A DNA stretch of 64,000 nt, taken from IMG/VR virus record IMGVR_UViG_3300021400_000027, positions 96,001-160,000 of that record; one strand, 5' to 3'. The position numbers and the translations under genes are program-made. Shown in pieces: positions 50,705-60,652 of the stretch (positions are counted from its first letter, which is position 1; each line of letters begins with the position of its first letter). Below the pieces are notes generated by a model. The model had not been told where the DNA came from. It ran no database searches and was given only the letters and a program-made list of their open reading frames with translations. The DNA comes from a virus (lineage: Duplodnaviria; Caudoviricetes).

Positions 50705-51604
50705 ATGGAAAAGAAATATATGTTGACCGATGAAACAAAAGTTGTCGATGGAAGAACACTCCATCGAATTAAAGCTTTGAAAGATTTTGGGGATATTGAA
50801 GCTGGAACTCTAGGCGGTTTTCTTGAGAAAGAAGAAAATTTGAGTCAAAGAGGAGAAGCATGGGTAAATGAAAACGCTTGTGTTTTTGGAGATGCTCGAA
50901 TTTCTGATAATGCTCAAATTTTTGGTAATGCCTTAATTTATGGATATGCTCGGGTTTGTGGAAATGCTTTCATTTTTGACGAGGCTCAGGTTTATGGGAA
51001 CGCTCGAATTTATGATGATGCACGAGTTTCTGGCAATGCTCAGGTTTTCGGATATGCTCGGGCTTATGGTAACGCTGAGATTTATGATAATGCACGAATT
51101 TATGATGATGCTTGGGCTTTTGATAATGTTCTGATTTATGAAAATGCTCGGATTTGTGATAATGCTAGGGCTTATGAATCAGCTTGGATTTGTGGCGATT
51201 CCGTTGTCTCTCAAAATCAATATGTCTTTTATGGAATCGTGACGACAGACTTGTCCAAAACCGAAAATTTAGTAAAATCAATAAAGGCTCAATGTAATTT
51301 ACTTGCTATTGACAATAAAGTAATTGCTTATAAATTAGTTAGACCTGATTTAACCTCTTTTTTTGATAAAAGTTTTCATTATGAGGTAGGAAAAGAAATT
51401 GAGGTTAAGGATTGTGAGGAATCTAACGAGTCTTGTGCTAGTGGGCTACATTTTAGTAATCCAATTTATTGGGAAAAGAAATGCAGAAATGAAGAATATG
51501 TCTATTTGGAGGCAGAAATTAACCTTAATGATATTATCACCGTTCAGCAAGGAAAGATTCGCTGCCGCAAGGCAAAGATTTTGAGAACTTTCAAATTAGA
51601 TTAA
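50705..51604 (+). CDS. hexapeptide-repeat (beta-helix) protein, paralog 1
   Basis: RIKALKDFGD..G..GG head, (G/D)NAx(I/V) repeats, CASGLHF tail. Confidence 0.8.
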   Translation: MEKKYMLTDETKVVDGRTLHRIKALKDFGDIEAGTLGGFLEKEENLSQRGEAWVNENACVFGDARISDNAQIFGNALIYGYARVCGNAFIFDEAQVYGNARIYDDARVSGNAQVFGYARAYGNAEIYDNARIYDDAWAFDNVLIYENARICDNARAYESAWICGDSVVSQNQYVFYGIVTTDLSKTENLVKSIKAQCNLLAIDNKVIAYKLVRPDLTSFFDKSFHYEVGKEIEVKDCEESNESCASGLHFSNPIYWEKKCRNEEYVYLEAEINLNDIITVQQGKIRCRKAKILRTFKLD

Positions 51605-51642
51605 GAAGAAAATTGAATAGATAAGAAAGAAGGAGGGCTAAT

Positions 51643-52611
51643 ATGGAAAAGAAATATATGCTGACTGACGAAACAACAACTATTAAAGGAAGAACGCTCT
51701 ACCGAATTAAAGCCTTAAAAGATTTTGGTGAGGTAAAAGCCGGAGACTTAGGAGGCTTTATAGAAAGAGAGGAAAATCTAAGTCAAGATGGGGATGCTTG
51801 GGTAAGTGATACTGCTAAGGTCTTTAAAAAAGCCAGAATTTATGGAAACGCTCAAATTAGTGGAAATGTTAGAATTTCTGATAATGTCCAAATTTATGAC
51901 AATGCTCAGATTTTTGACAATGCTAAATTTTTTGACGACGCTCAGGTTTATGGCAATGCTTTTATTTATGGCTCTCCTTGGATTTACGAAAATTCTCAAA
52001 TCTTCGGCAATGCCCAAATTCATGGTGATGCTGAAATTCATGGTGACGCTCAGATTTATGGTAATGCATTGATTTCTGGAAATGCTGTAATCCGTGGCAA
52101 AGCTCAGGTTTATGGTAGGGCTTGGATTTATGGGAGTACTTGGATTTGTAACAATGCTAAAATTTATGACCATGCTCAGATTTGCGGCAACGCTTATATT
52201 TGTGACAATGCTGTTATTTCTCAGAACCAACAGGTTTCTTGTGGGGTCGTAAAAACAGATTTGTCTAAACCTGAAAATTTAGCGAATTCAATAATGGTGC
52301 AATGTAATTTACCAGTAATTGACAATAAAGTAATTGCCTATAAATTAGTGAGACCTGATTTAACCTCTTTCTATGATGAGACTTTTCATTATGAGGTAGG
52401 AAAGGAGGCTAAAGCTGAAAATTGTGAGGAATCTAATGAGTCTTGTGCTAGTGGATTGCATTTTAGTAACATCACTTATTGGAGTCTTTCTTGTAAAGGG
52501 CTGAAATATGTCTGCTTGGAAGCAGAGATTGACCTTAATGATATTATAACCGTCCAAGAGGGAAAAATTCGCTGCCGCAAGGCAAAGATTTTGAGAGCTT
52601 TCAACTTATAA
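51643..52611 (+). CDS. hexapeptide-repeat protein, paralog 2
   Basis: Same architecture as paralog 1. Confidence 0.8.
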   Translation: MEKKYMLTDETTTIKGRTLYRIKALKDFGEVKAGDLGGFIEREENLSQDGDAWVSDTAKVFKKARIYGNAQISGNVRISDNVQIYDNAQIFDNAKFFDDAQVYGNAFIYGSPWIYENSQIFGNAQIHGDAEIHGDAQIYGNALISGNAVIRGKAQVYGRAWIYGSTWICNNAKIYDHAQICGNAYICDNAVISQNQQVSCGVVKTDLSKPENLANSIMVQCNLPVIDNKVIAYKLVRPDLTSFYDETFHYEVGKEAKAENCEESNESCASGLHFSNITYWSLSCKGLKYVCLEAEIDLNDIITVQEGKIRCRKAKILRAFNL

Positions 52612-52802
52612 GAAAGAAGGAGAGCTAATGACTGATACCGTTTACATTCTTTTAGTTCGTAGTGTCTATGATAACCAATATCATGTACACACCGTCTACC
52701 GCACACGAAAGGCGGCAGAAGATTGCAAAAAGTTTCTTGATGAATATGATTCATTCATTATAGAGAAAATCATATTAGACTAATTTAAAGGGAGGAATCT
52801 GA

Positions 52803-53300
52803 ATGAGAAAAGTTGAACCTACTTTAACATTTAAATGGAAATATAACATTGAAGAAATTCTTAATGTTGCTGGGGAAAAACCTTTTTTAAAGGTTCGCCG
52901 TTCTTTCTGTTATCAAGAAAGATACTACCTCTATGGCGGCATTATTGACGGTAAATTACGTCTTTTCTATTATCCGTTAGACTCCCCCAATGCTCAAATC
53001 AATTTTGGGTTAATTAGTCCTGATAAAGTCGCTTCCGGCGAAGCCTTAATTTATAAAGGTTCTGAAACATACCGTCCCTCTGACTTAATTGAATCTACTT
53101 CTTTCTTAAAATTTAAACAAGGAATACCCTACAAAATTGTTAATAAACGTTATAAAGGAATCGTCTATGGATTCTTTAAAGAGACTGTCAGCCCTAATCT
53201 TTATTCTTTCTATTGTTATTATGGAGATAAGGCATTAGATGAAGAACAATTCAGTGATGCTGATTATGATTTCTATGAGATGGATGAAGGATTGGTTTAA
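52803..53300 (+). CDS. hypothetical protein
   Basis: RBS GGAGG. Confidence 0.55.
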   Translation: MRKVEPTLTFKWKYNIEEILNVAGEKPFLKVRRSFCYQERYYLYGGIIDGKLRLFYYPLDSPNAQINFGLISPDKVASGEALIYKGSETYRPSDLIESTSFLKFKQGIPYKIVNKRYKGIVYGFFKETVSPNLYSFYCYYGDKALDEEQFSDADYDFYEMDEGLV

Positions 53301-53352
53301 TATAAGGTTGTATTAAATTGATGCCAGCCGGCGCAGAAAAGGAGTAAATACT

Positions 53353-54216
53353 ATGGAGAAGAAATTTGAATTAACAGATGAAACTTTTAGCTTTGTCAAA
53401 ACTTATCATAGGATTCGGGCATTAAGAGATTTTGGAGACGTAAAAAAGGGAGATTTGGGGGGCTTTGTTGAAAGAGAGGGCAATTTAAGTCATATGGGAA
53501 ACGCTTGGATAAGTGACAATGCTAAAGTGCGTGACAATGCTTGCGTAATGGACAATGCTATTGTCTCAGGAAATGCTTTAATTTGTGATGAAGCCATAAT
53601 TTCTGGAGATGCCCAAGTTTATGGAACGGTAATAATAAGTAATAATGCTACTATATGTAGAAATGCCAAAATTTATGGTAATGCAAGAGTATGTGGTAAG
53701 GCAGTGGTAAGTGGGGATGCCGAAGTATATGATAATGCTTTAATAGAGGGGAGAGCATGGGTAAAAACCTCTCAGGTGTGTGGGTGTAGTTATGTAGCAG
53801 GAACAGCTGTTATAACAGATGGCGGCAAAGTGTCTCAAAACCAGCATGTTTGTAGTGGAGTAGTCAAGACAGACTTGTCAAAAGATTTGTCTGCATCAAT
53901 TAGACTGCAATGTAATTTGCCTGTAATCAATAATAAGGTTGTTGCTTATAAGTTAGTAAGACCGGACTTCACCTCTTTTTATGACACAAATTTTAAGTAT
54001 GAAGTTGGAAAGATTGTTGAAGCAGAAAGTTACGATTTGACATTACAAGGTTGTGCGGCTGGACTCCATTTTAGTAATTTAAACTATTGGGAAAGAGCAA
54101 TTCGTGGGGACTTTTTTTGCTTAGAGGCAGAGATTGACTTAGATGATATAATTACGGTTCAGGAAGGCAAAATCAGATGTAAGAGAGCAAAGATTCTAAG
54201 AGCATTTCACTTTTAA
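53353..54216 (+). CDS. hexapeptide-repeat protein, paralog 3
   Basis: Same architecture as paralog 1. Confidence 0.8.
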   Translation: MEKKFELTDETFSFVKTYHRIRALRDFGDVKKGDLGGFVEREGNLSHMGNAWISDNAKVRDNACVMDNAIVSGNALICDEAIISGDAQVYGTVIISNNATICRNAKIYGNARVCGKAVVSGDAEVYDNALIEGRAWVKTSQVCGCSYVAGTAVITDGGKVSQNQHVCSGVVKTDLSKDLSASIRLQCNLPVINNKVVAYKLVRPDFTSFYDTNFKYEVGKIVEAESYDLTLQGCAAGLHFSNLNYWERAIRGDFFCLEAEIDLDDIITVQEGKIRCKRAKILRAFHF

Positions 54217-54333
54217 TTGAAATTTGCGTTGCGCCGGCTTGCGTAAGTTTTAAGAATGAATGCGTGCCGGCGCAAGGTAAGTTTTAAATCAAATCCTATA
54301 ATATATAGAAACTTAAGGAGAGGAGTAAATACT

Positions 54334-55332
54334 ATGGATAAGAAATATGAAATGACAAATGAGGTAATTGAATTTGAAGGTAGAATTCTCCATAGAATTC
54401 GGGCATTGAAAGATTTTGAATTTGCAAAAAAGGGAGATTTGGGTGGCTTCATTGAAAAAGAGAAAAATTTAAGTCAAGAAGGAAACGCTTGGGTACGTGA
54501 TAACGTAAAAGTATATGATGACGCTACTGTAATAAAGAATGCCCTCGTAAGAAATAATGCTATTATAAAAGACAAAGCTATTATAGGGGGTAATGCAATT
54601 GTAGAAACAGAAGCTTGTGTGTGTGGAAAAGCAAAGGTGTTTGATTCTGCTTGTGTTATGGGTTCTGTTAAAATAGAGGATAACGCTAAAATATACGGTA
54701 ATGCTGTTATAAAAAGCAATGCTATTGTAAGAGAGTATGCTATTGTAAAAGAATATGCTGTTATAAGGGGTTTTGCTCAAATATTTGGTACTACCATTAT
54801 AAAAGGGAATCCTTGTATATATGAAAACGCCAAGGTATATGATGACGCTCTTGTTGATGGTTATACAATAGTAAGAGGTAATGCTGAAATATGTGGTCAT
54901 GGGCAAGTAAAACAAAACGCTCTTATAGAAGGTTCTGGTAAAGTATCTCAAAATCAATTAGCTTTGTATGGTATAACTAAAACAGATTTATCTAAGGACT
55001 TTGCTGCGTCAATTAAAGCACAATGTAATTTGCCAGTAATCAATAATAAGGTTATTGCCTATAAATTAGTAAGACTTGACTTTACTTCATTTTATGATGT
55101 TAATTTTAAATACAAGGTTGGAGAAGTTGCTGAGGTTAATGACTATGAATCATCAAATGAGAGTTGTGCGGCGGGACTCCATTTTAGTAATCTTACTTAT
55201 TGGGAAACAGAAATTGACGAGGATTTCATTTGTTTGGAAGCGGAGATTGATTTAGATGATGTGATTACGGTTCAGGAAGGAAAGATTAGATGTAAGAAAG
55301 CGAAAATTTTAAGGGCATTTACAATAAGTTAA
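54334..55332 (+). CDS. hexapeptide-repeat protein, paralog 4
   Basis: Same architecture; start moved to ATG 54334 after AGGAG. Confidence 0.8.
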   Translation: MDKKYEMTNEVIEFEGRILHRIRALKDFEFAKKGDLGGFIEKEKNLSQEGNAWVRDNVKVYDDATVIKNALVRNNAIIKDKAIIGGNAIVETEACVCGKAKVFDSACVMGSVKIEDNAKIYGNAVIKSNAIVREYAIVKEYAVIRGFAQIFGTTIIKGNPCIYENAKVYDDALVDGYTIVRGNAEICGHGQVKQNALIEGSGKVSQNQLALYGITKTDLSKDFAASIKAQCNLPVINNKVIAYKLVRLDFTSFYDVNFKYKVGEVAEVNDYESSNESCAAGLHFSNLTYWETEIDEDFICLEAEIDLDDVITVQEGKIRCKKAKILRAFTIS

Positions 55333-55822
55333 GAACGACACTGCGCCGGCTTGCGTAAATTTAAAGCATGGATTCTATAATTTTATGCGTGCCGGCGCAA
55401 AGTAAGGTGAGAAATTTGGAGTATAAGAATTTGGAACGTGAAGTGTTCCGCTTAAATCAAGAACTAATGAAATATAAAGTGTTGGCTTCTTTCTATAAGA
55501 AAAGATTAGGACTACTTGGCGATACTGAATGGCTATCCCAATTTGACTATCTGGATAGGGAAGAGCCCGACTCAATCTATTCGGCTGATGATGAAGAAAA
55601 TTAAATTAAACCAATCCCGTTTCTTTACTCTCTATGGGGGTGTGGGGGCTTGCCCCCACGACCAAAAGGAAAACGGGAGTTTTTTGTATAGAGAGGGTTG
55701 TAGTTTTCAATTTTAATTTGAAAGGAGCGAGCGTGAGGGAAGAGCGCAGCTCTTCGCTCACCCGAGCGCCGTTTCTTTGGTTACTTTCTTTGCGGAGTCA
55801 AAGAAAGTAACAAGATAAATAA

Positions 55823-55922
55823 TAGAGAATTTTAGATAACTCCATAGAGAATTTTAGATAACTCCATAGAGATTTTTAGATAGCTTCATAGAGAATTTTA
55901 GTTAATCCATAGAGAATTTTAG
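55823..55922. repeat. iteron-like tandem array, about 4.5 x 22 bp (TAGAGAATTTTAGATAACTCCA)
   Basis: Direct repeats visible in sequence, upstream of a wHTH gene. Confidence 0.85.
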
Positions 55923-56030
55923 TAAAGGTGTCTAAAATCTGAAAAAATTAGACAGAATTATTTACCATAGCACTTTATATACGGCGGGTCAAATAATTCG
56001 CTAAATATAATAGGAAAGAGGGGATTTAAA

Positions 56031-56765
56031 TTGAGAAAGAATTCGGTCTATGCTCATACATAGACAAAAGGAAACTATAAACGTTATCAAAAAATCACGG
56101 CTAAACAATGGAAGATTTATTATTATCTATTGAGTGTTTCAAAATTCGATTCTTAGAGAGTAGAAGACCATCGTTACGTTTATAAAAATAGCTTAAATAT
56201 AAGTTAGACTTGTCGGCAGTTAGGAATCAAAAGTAATTAGACTTTTTATAATGCGATTAAACGTCTGGAAGAAGTTAATTTAATCAGGAATAATGAAAGC
56301 TACTTTCTAATTTATGCAAAAGACTGGGTCGAAATTGATAAAAGGGTTTTAGTAAATTTGCTAAATTATTCGGCACAGAAAGAGCAAGATATTGATTTGT
56401 TAAGAACTTTTCTTATTTTAAAAAAGATTTGGGTATTGGCTGAATCAAAACAAGAAATGACCTTTACTCAAAGAAATTTGGTTATGCTTCTTGGTCATAA
56501 TACAACTGATTCACCATGCTACTCTAATATCAGAATTTATTTAGCATTATTAAGTTATTGGGGGCTGATTGAGTTGAAATTGCATACTGAGTATAGTAAG
56601 GAACTTGGAAAATATACGATTTACCATTTACAAAAAATTGAAGAGGGGGAGCTCAGTCCTGATTTCGATACAGATATTGAGGCGGAAATGAAAGCAAGTG
56701 CAATGTCGGATGATTTATTTGAAAGGGTAATGTTTAAAATGCCGGAGATATTGGAAGACAAATAA
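56031..56765 (+). CDS. putative wHTH replication initiator (TAG=Gln)
   Basis: TTG after GAGGGG; 4 TAG read through into track ORF 56358; HTH-like SQTCRQLGIKSNQTFYNAIKRLEEVNLI; next to iterons. Confidence 0.65.
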
Positions 56766-56847
56766 GGTTTTGTAACTTGCGCCGCCATGCGTTAATTTAA
56801 TGGGTGGCGGCGTAACGATTTTATAAACTAAATGGGGGTGTATCTAA

Positions 56848-57255
56848 ATGGACTTTGAAATTAAGTTAAACTGCGAAAACGAAAAAATCCTTGAACGTCA
56901 ATTCTACAAGCAACGCTTTAAAGACCTTGGTGAAGTTCCTTTTCGTTCTGGAATTTTCTTCCTAAAGTTTCCAAACGGCAAATCCTATTTGGGAACTGCC
57001 GAGAACCTACGCTTTCGATTGCGCCAAATCTTTATGGACTTATTCCCAAAACCACAAACTATTGCAAGCCGGCGCAGGAACGGACAAAACCTATATAAAG
57101 AAAGGTGGATGGAGAAAGCAAGGGAAGATAATCCGGGGCTTTAGAACTATAAGGACTTGGAAATAAGGTGTATGGTTTGTAGCGTTCCGGCGCAACAAAA
57201 GAAAAGAATTTTGGGAGAGATGGAGTAGGAAGAGCGTTTACTTTACTATAATTAA
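56848..57255 (+). CDS. GIY-YIG-like protein (TAG=Gln)
   Basis: SGIFFL....KSYLG.A.NL..R; 2 TAG; TAA at 57253. Confidence 0.6.
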
Positions 57256-57689
57256 GGGGGAATGATAGTAATGGAAATTAATGGGGAGATTTCTCTGTTT
57301 AAAAGCGAAATTAAGTTGCCGGAAAAGGAGGGTAATGTGTGGAGAAATTCTGAGGTGGAAGCAGATGAAAATCCGGACTATTATTTCTCTTCCTTGTTGC
57401 TGCCGGCTTCGCAAAGTAGAGGGGTTTTGTTGTTTAAAGTAATGGGTGGCGGCGAAACGTAAAATTGAGAGAAGATTTTGAACTTAAAAAATTTCCTTAA
57501 GTTCCTTTAAGTTGTGCGTTGCGGCGAAAGGTAAGGTTAAAGAGGGTATGAAAAATTTTGAGAAAAGTTCTCCTCTCAATTACATATCTACTGAAAGTTA
57601 GGAGGGAAAAACCCTAAACTAAAGTATCTGTGTTTTAGGAGAAACTTAAAGTGTTTAAAGGGGGAGGGCTAAATTCTACTTAAAAATAG

Positions 57690-57910
57690 GGAAAGGGAAG
57701 GGGAAGGAGAAAAGAAAAGGAAGTTAAGAGGGGGAAGTTAAGAGAGGGAAGTTAAAAGAAACGAATTAAGGGGGGAGACGTTAAAAAAACGAAAGTTAAG
57801 GGTGGCGGCGAGAAACGAAGGGAAAAAATTAAGGGGGAGAAGGGAAAAGAAAAAGGAAAGGAAAGGAAAGGAACTAAAAAAAGGGGGAGAGGAAAAAACT
57901 TAAAGGGGGC
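57690..57910. repeat. purine-rich low-complexity tract with GTTAAG(G/A) repeats
   Basis: Almost exclusively G/A on the + strand. Confidence 0.75.
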
Positions 57911-57959
57911 TGTGTAAAAAGTCTATAAAAAGTAATTGTAATAGGGGGTGTGAGGAAAA

Positions 57960-58667
57960 ATGGTAGTCTACCTGTACTCAGTGAACATATAGGGGGTCAA
58001 TAATAACGTCGCTTTTCTAAAGGCATGTCCAAAGCTAATCGGAATAGGGGGTAGACCTTTAAGAAAGGGGGAGACTAAAACAATTTTGAAAGAAAATTGG
58101 GTTGAAACTATAAGTTTTTTAAAGCGAATTGAAAGGAAAAACTTTTGGGAAATTTATGAAGAATTAAGAAAACAAACGAAAGAGTTTGGTTTAAGTTGTG
58201 AATATTTGTATAAAGGAAATGTTTGTTTGTTAGCAAAAAATTAGTTGAGGTCGCAAGAAAAAATTTAGGAAAAAATTGAACATAAGGTCGTAAGAAAAAA
58301 AATTTATAGACATAAAGATTTAGTTTTAAGGAAAGCTGAAAAAAGGGATTTTGGAGATTATTGTGAAATGGGAATTTTCGAGGTCTTTAGAAATTCGAGA
58401 AGTTGGAAAAGAGAATTGGAAAGGAAAGTTAAAGAGAAAGGGAAAGTTGGATTTTTGGAAGTTGTAAATTAGTTTGATGATTGGAGAAAAGAAGATGAAG
58501 TTTGGGTTAATTAGATTTGGGAAGGAAAAATTAGAACAATTGGAAGAGTTAAAGTTGAAAATTGGGAAGAAGGAAAGAAGTTTTGGGAAAGAGGAGAATT
58601 TGGTTTAAGGGAAGAAAGAGAGTTGGAATGGTTGTGGGAAAATTTAGAGTTAGAAAAGTTTGAATAA
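57960..58667 (+). CDS. hypothetical K/E/W-rich protein, 235 aa (TAG=Gln; absent from ORF track)
   Basis: ATG after GAGG; no TAA/TGA until 58665; 5 TAG. Confidence 0.6.
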
Positions 58668-58993
58668 GGGGAAGAGGTGTTGCTTTGCCGTGTGCTCAGT
58701 AATGCCTCTTTTTTTGTTTCGCCGCGCCCCGTTCGGAATCGAAGAAAGGAAGAGGCAAAATCCGCTAATTTTCGGAGTAAAATTAAGGGTTAGGAATAGA
58801 AATCCACAATGGCTATTTTCGAGACGAAATTGGAAATAAATTAAAGGGAGTTTCACTTACGGTTTTCTATAGGGTTCCGGCGGTTTGGATTAGTAATGTT
58901 GAAAATTCGGGCGGGACCGCTTTGAGTTAAGTGGTATGAAAAATTTTGAGGGCTTCTATTCCAATCCTACTTAGTTGGTGAGCAAGAAAAAAC

Positions 58994-59124
58994 GTGGAAT
59001 GTACCCCCTCGATTTGTGGGCTAAAGGAGTTCCACCAAGTGTAGTGTACCCCCTCGATTTGTGGGCTAAAGGAGCTACACAAAGTAAAATGTACCCCCTA
59101 GAATTTGGGCTTAAGGAGTTTTAT
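58994..59124. repeat. three tandem 45-bp structured units with covarying closing stems
   Basis: Core TGTACCCCCTCGATTTGTGGGCTAAAGGAG in GTGGAA/TTCCAC, GTGTAG/CTACAC and (variant core) GTAAAA/TTTTAT. Confidence 0.8.
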
Positions 59125-60023
59125 GGCTTTACAAATTGAATAAAAGGAAGAGGGCTTTGGACAATCCGCCCGAGACAAATCAACTTCAACGAAGTTGCAA
59201 AACCGCTATTTATTTGACTTGGCGATGATTTGCAATGTTAGTTGGACTTGCGTCAATTTTTTGGGTTGTCAAAAGTTCAGGCTTCTTTTACATAGGCGGT
59301 CTCCGCCGGAACTTTTGTTTTCGGTTGGGAGACGGCCCCTTTGTCGTACCCAAACGTAGCTCACAGGGACTTCCGAATTTTGGAGAGGGAAAATTATTTT
59401 GGAGACTCAGCTCAAACGCAGCTCACAGGGAGAGGGAATGGGTTGCGCCCGGGAGAAAAATTCGGCTGCCGGCGAGGGAGAGGGGAGGGAGAGGGGGAAA
59501 CTCAATACCTACTATTTTTATGGGTTTAGTAGGTTGCGCCCGGGCGGTTTTCCAGCATTATATACAAAATAGAAGTCGAATTGTTGAAAAGTTTTTACTT
59601 GACAAATTTAGTAGAATGTGATATAATATATATAGTAAAGGAGATGAAGTTTATATGGCAACTAAATTCGTACCGCTTGACAAAATGAGTAAGAAGCAAC
59701 AACGGGAATATTATAAGAAGAAAAGAAAAACTTGGGAGTTCAATCCTGCAACACGGACGGGAAAAAGTGAATATGAATATAAGAAAAAGAAAGAAGAAAT
59801 GCAAGGAAAATGAAGAAAATGCGAGGTTTTTACCTCGCGCCCGGGCGGTTTTCGTTAAATTTAACAAAAATTTTGCGTTGCCGGCGAGAATTTTATGCAA
59901 TTCGGAGATTTGACTTAAAAACTATTGACAAACTCTTTAAAATGTGATATAATTATATATGTAAGGAGGACGGAAAGCAAGGCGACTGGAAGTCCTAAAG
60001 CCCAAATCAGCGAGGTATTGAAA

Positions 60024-60182
60024 ATGGCTAAAGGTGTAATCTTTACAGGTACGGACGGCAAGAAAACCAGAATGAACCGTGACGAATTTGTTCGTTATAT
60101 CGGCAACCTCTGGAAGGTGGCAAGAGAGGCTAAACTTGAAGCCGAAAAGGCAGACAAGGAAATCGAGGAGAATGGCGAATAA
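60024..60182 (+). CDS. small early-type protein
   Basis: TTGACA/TATAAT promoter upstream, RBS GAGGT. Confidence 0.55.
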   Translation: MAKGVIFTGTDGKKTRMNRDEFVRYIGNLWKVAREAKLEAEKADKEIEENGE

Positions 60183-60219
60183 TCGCCATTTTCCCACAAT
60201 TAGAAAGAGAGGTTATTCA

Positions 60220-60480
60220 ATGAAGTGTTTTGTTTATAATAGAGCAAGAATGATAATTGCACGGAAGTCCGCTTTAGAAGATATGCGGAAATGGAGAGAA
60301 AACAAGGGTTATTTAGATAGGGATTTAATTAGAATTTTTATTGCTAATAATCTTAACAGACTCTTTGGTGCGGAATGCTGGGATAGTAACGTTGTTGACG
60401 GCATTTTGTGCGATATGCTGGACAATTTTGACATTGACTATGATGATGATGCAGATGATTATTATGTAAGCTCCCCTTGA
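60220..60480 (+). CDS. hypothetical protein with acidic tail
   Basis: Start moved to ATG after GAGG. Confidence 0.55.
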   Translation: MKCFVYNRARMIIARKSALEDMRKWRENKGYLDRDLIRIFIANNLNRLFGAECWDSNVVDGILCDMLDNFDIDYDDDADDYYVSSP

Positions 60481-60516
60481 TGGGGAGTTTTCTCTATATA
60501 TAGCCAAAATTACGTT

Positions 60517-60624
60517 GCGCCCGGGCGCGTAGTGAAAATGAACAAATTCAACATTAAAACTTTGTGCAACTTGCCAGTTGACAAATTTCAAAAAGTATGA
60601 TATAATATATAATGTAAGGTAAAG
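60517..60624 (+). promoter_or_regulatory. early-type promoter cassette, copy A
   Basis: GCGCCCGGGCGC, 34-bp block shared with copy B, TTGACA, TGnTATAAT, ATGTAAGGTAAAG. Confidence 0.75.
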
Positions 60625-60652
60625 AGAAACTAAGAAAGTGGAGGTAAAACTT

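Noticed and set aside
50705-55332. Diversity-generating retroelement
   Set aside because: No reverse transcriptase is in the window, and paralog differences are not adenine-specific.
55823-59124. CRISPR arrays at the 22-bp and 45-bp repeats
   Set aside because: There are no unique spacer-length inserts and no cas genes. The first array is contiguous; the variable parts of the second are self-complementary stems.
167-59900. Minus-strand and alternate-frame ORFs overlapping real genes (e.g. 709..1167, 45115..45807, 51778..52230)
   Set aside because: They are antisense shadows of biased or repetitive coding sequence, with no RBS or promoter support.
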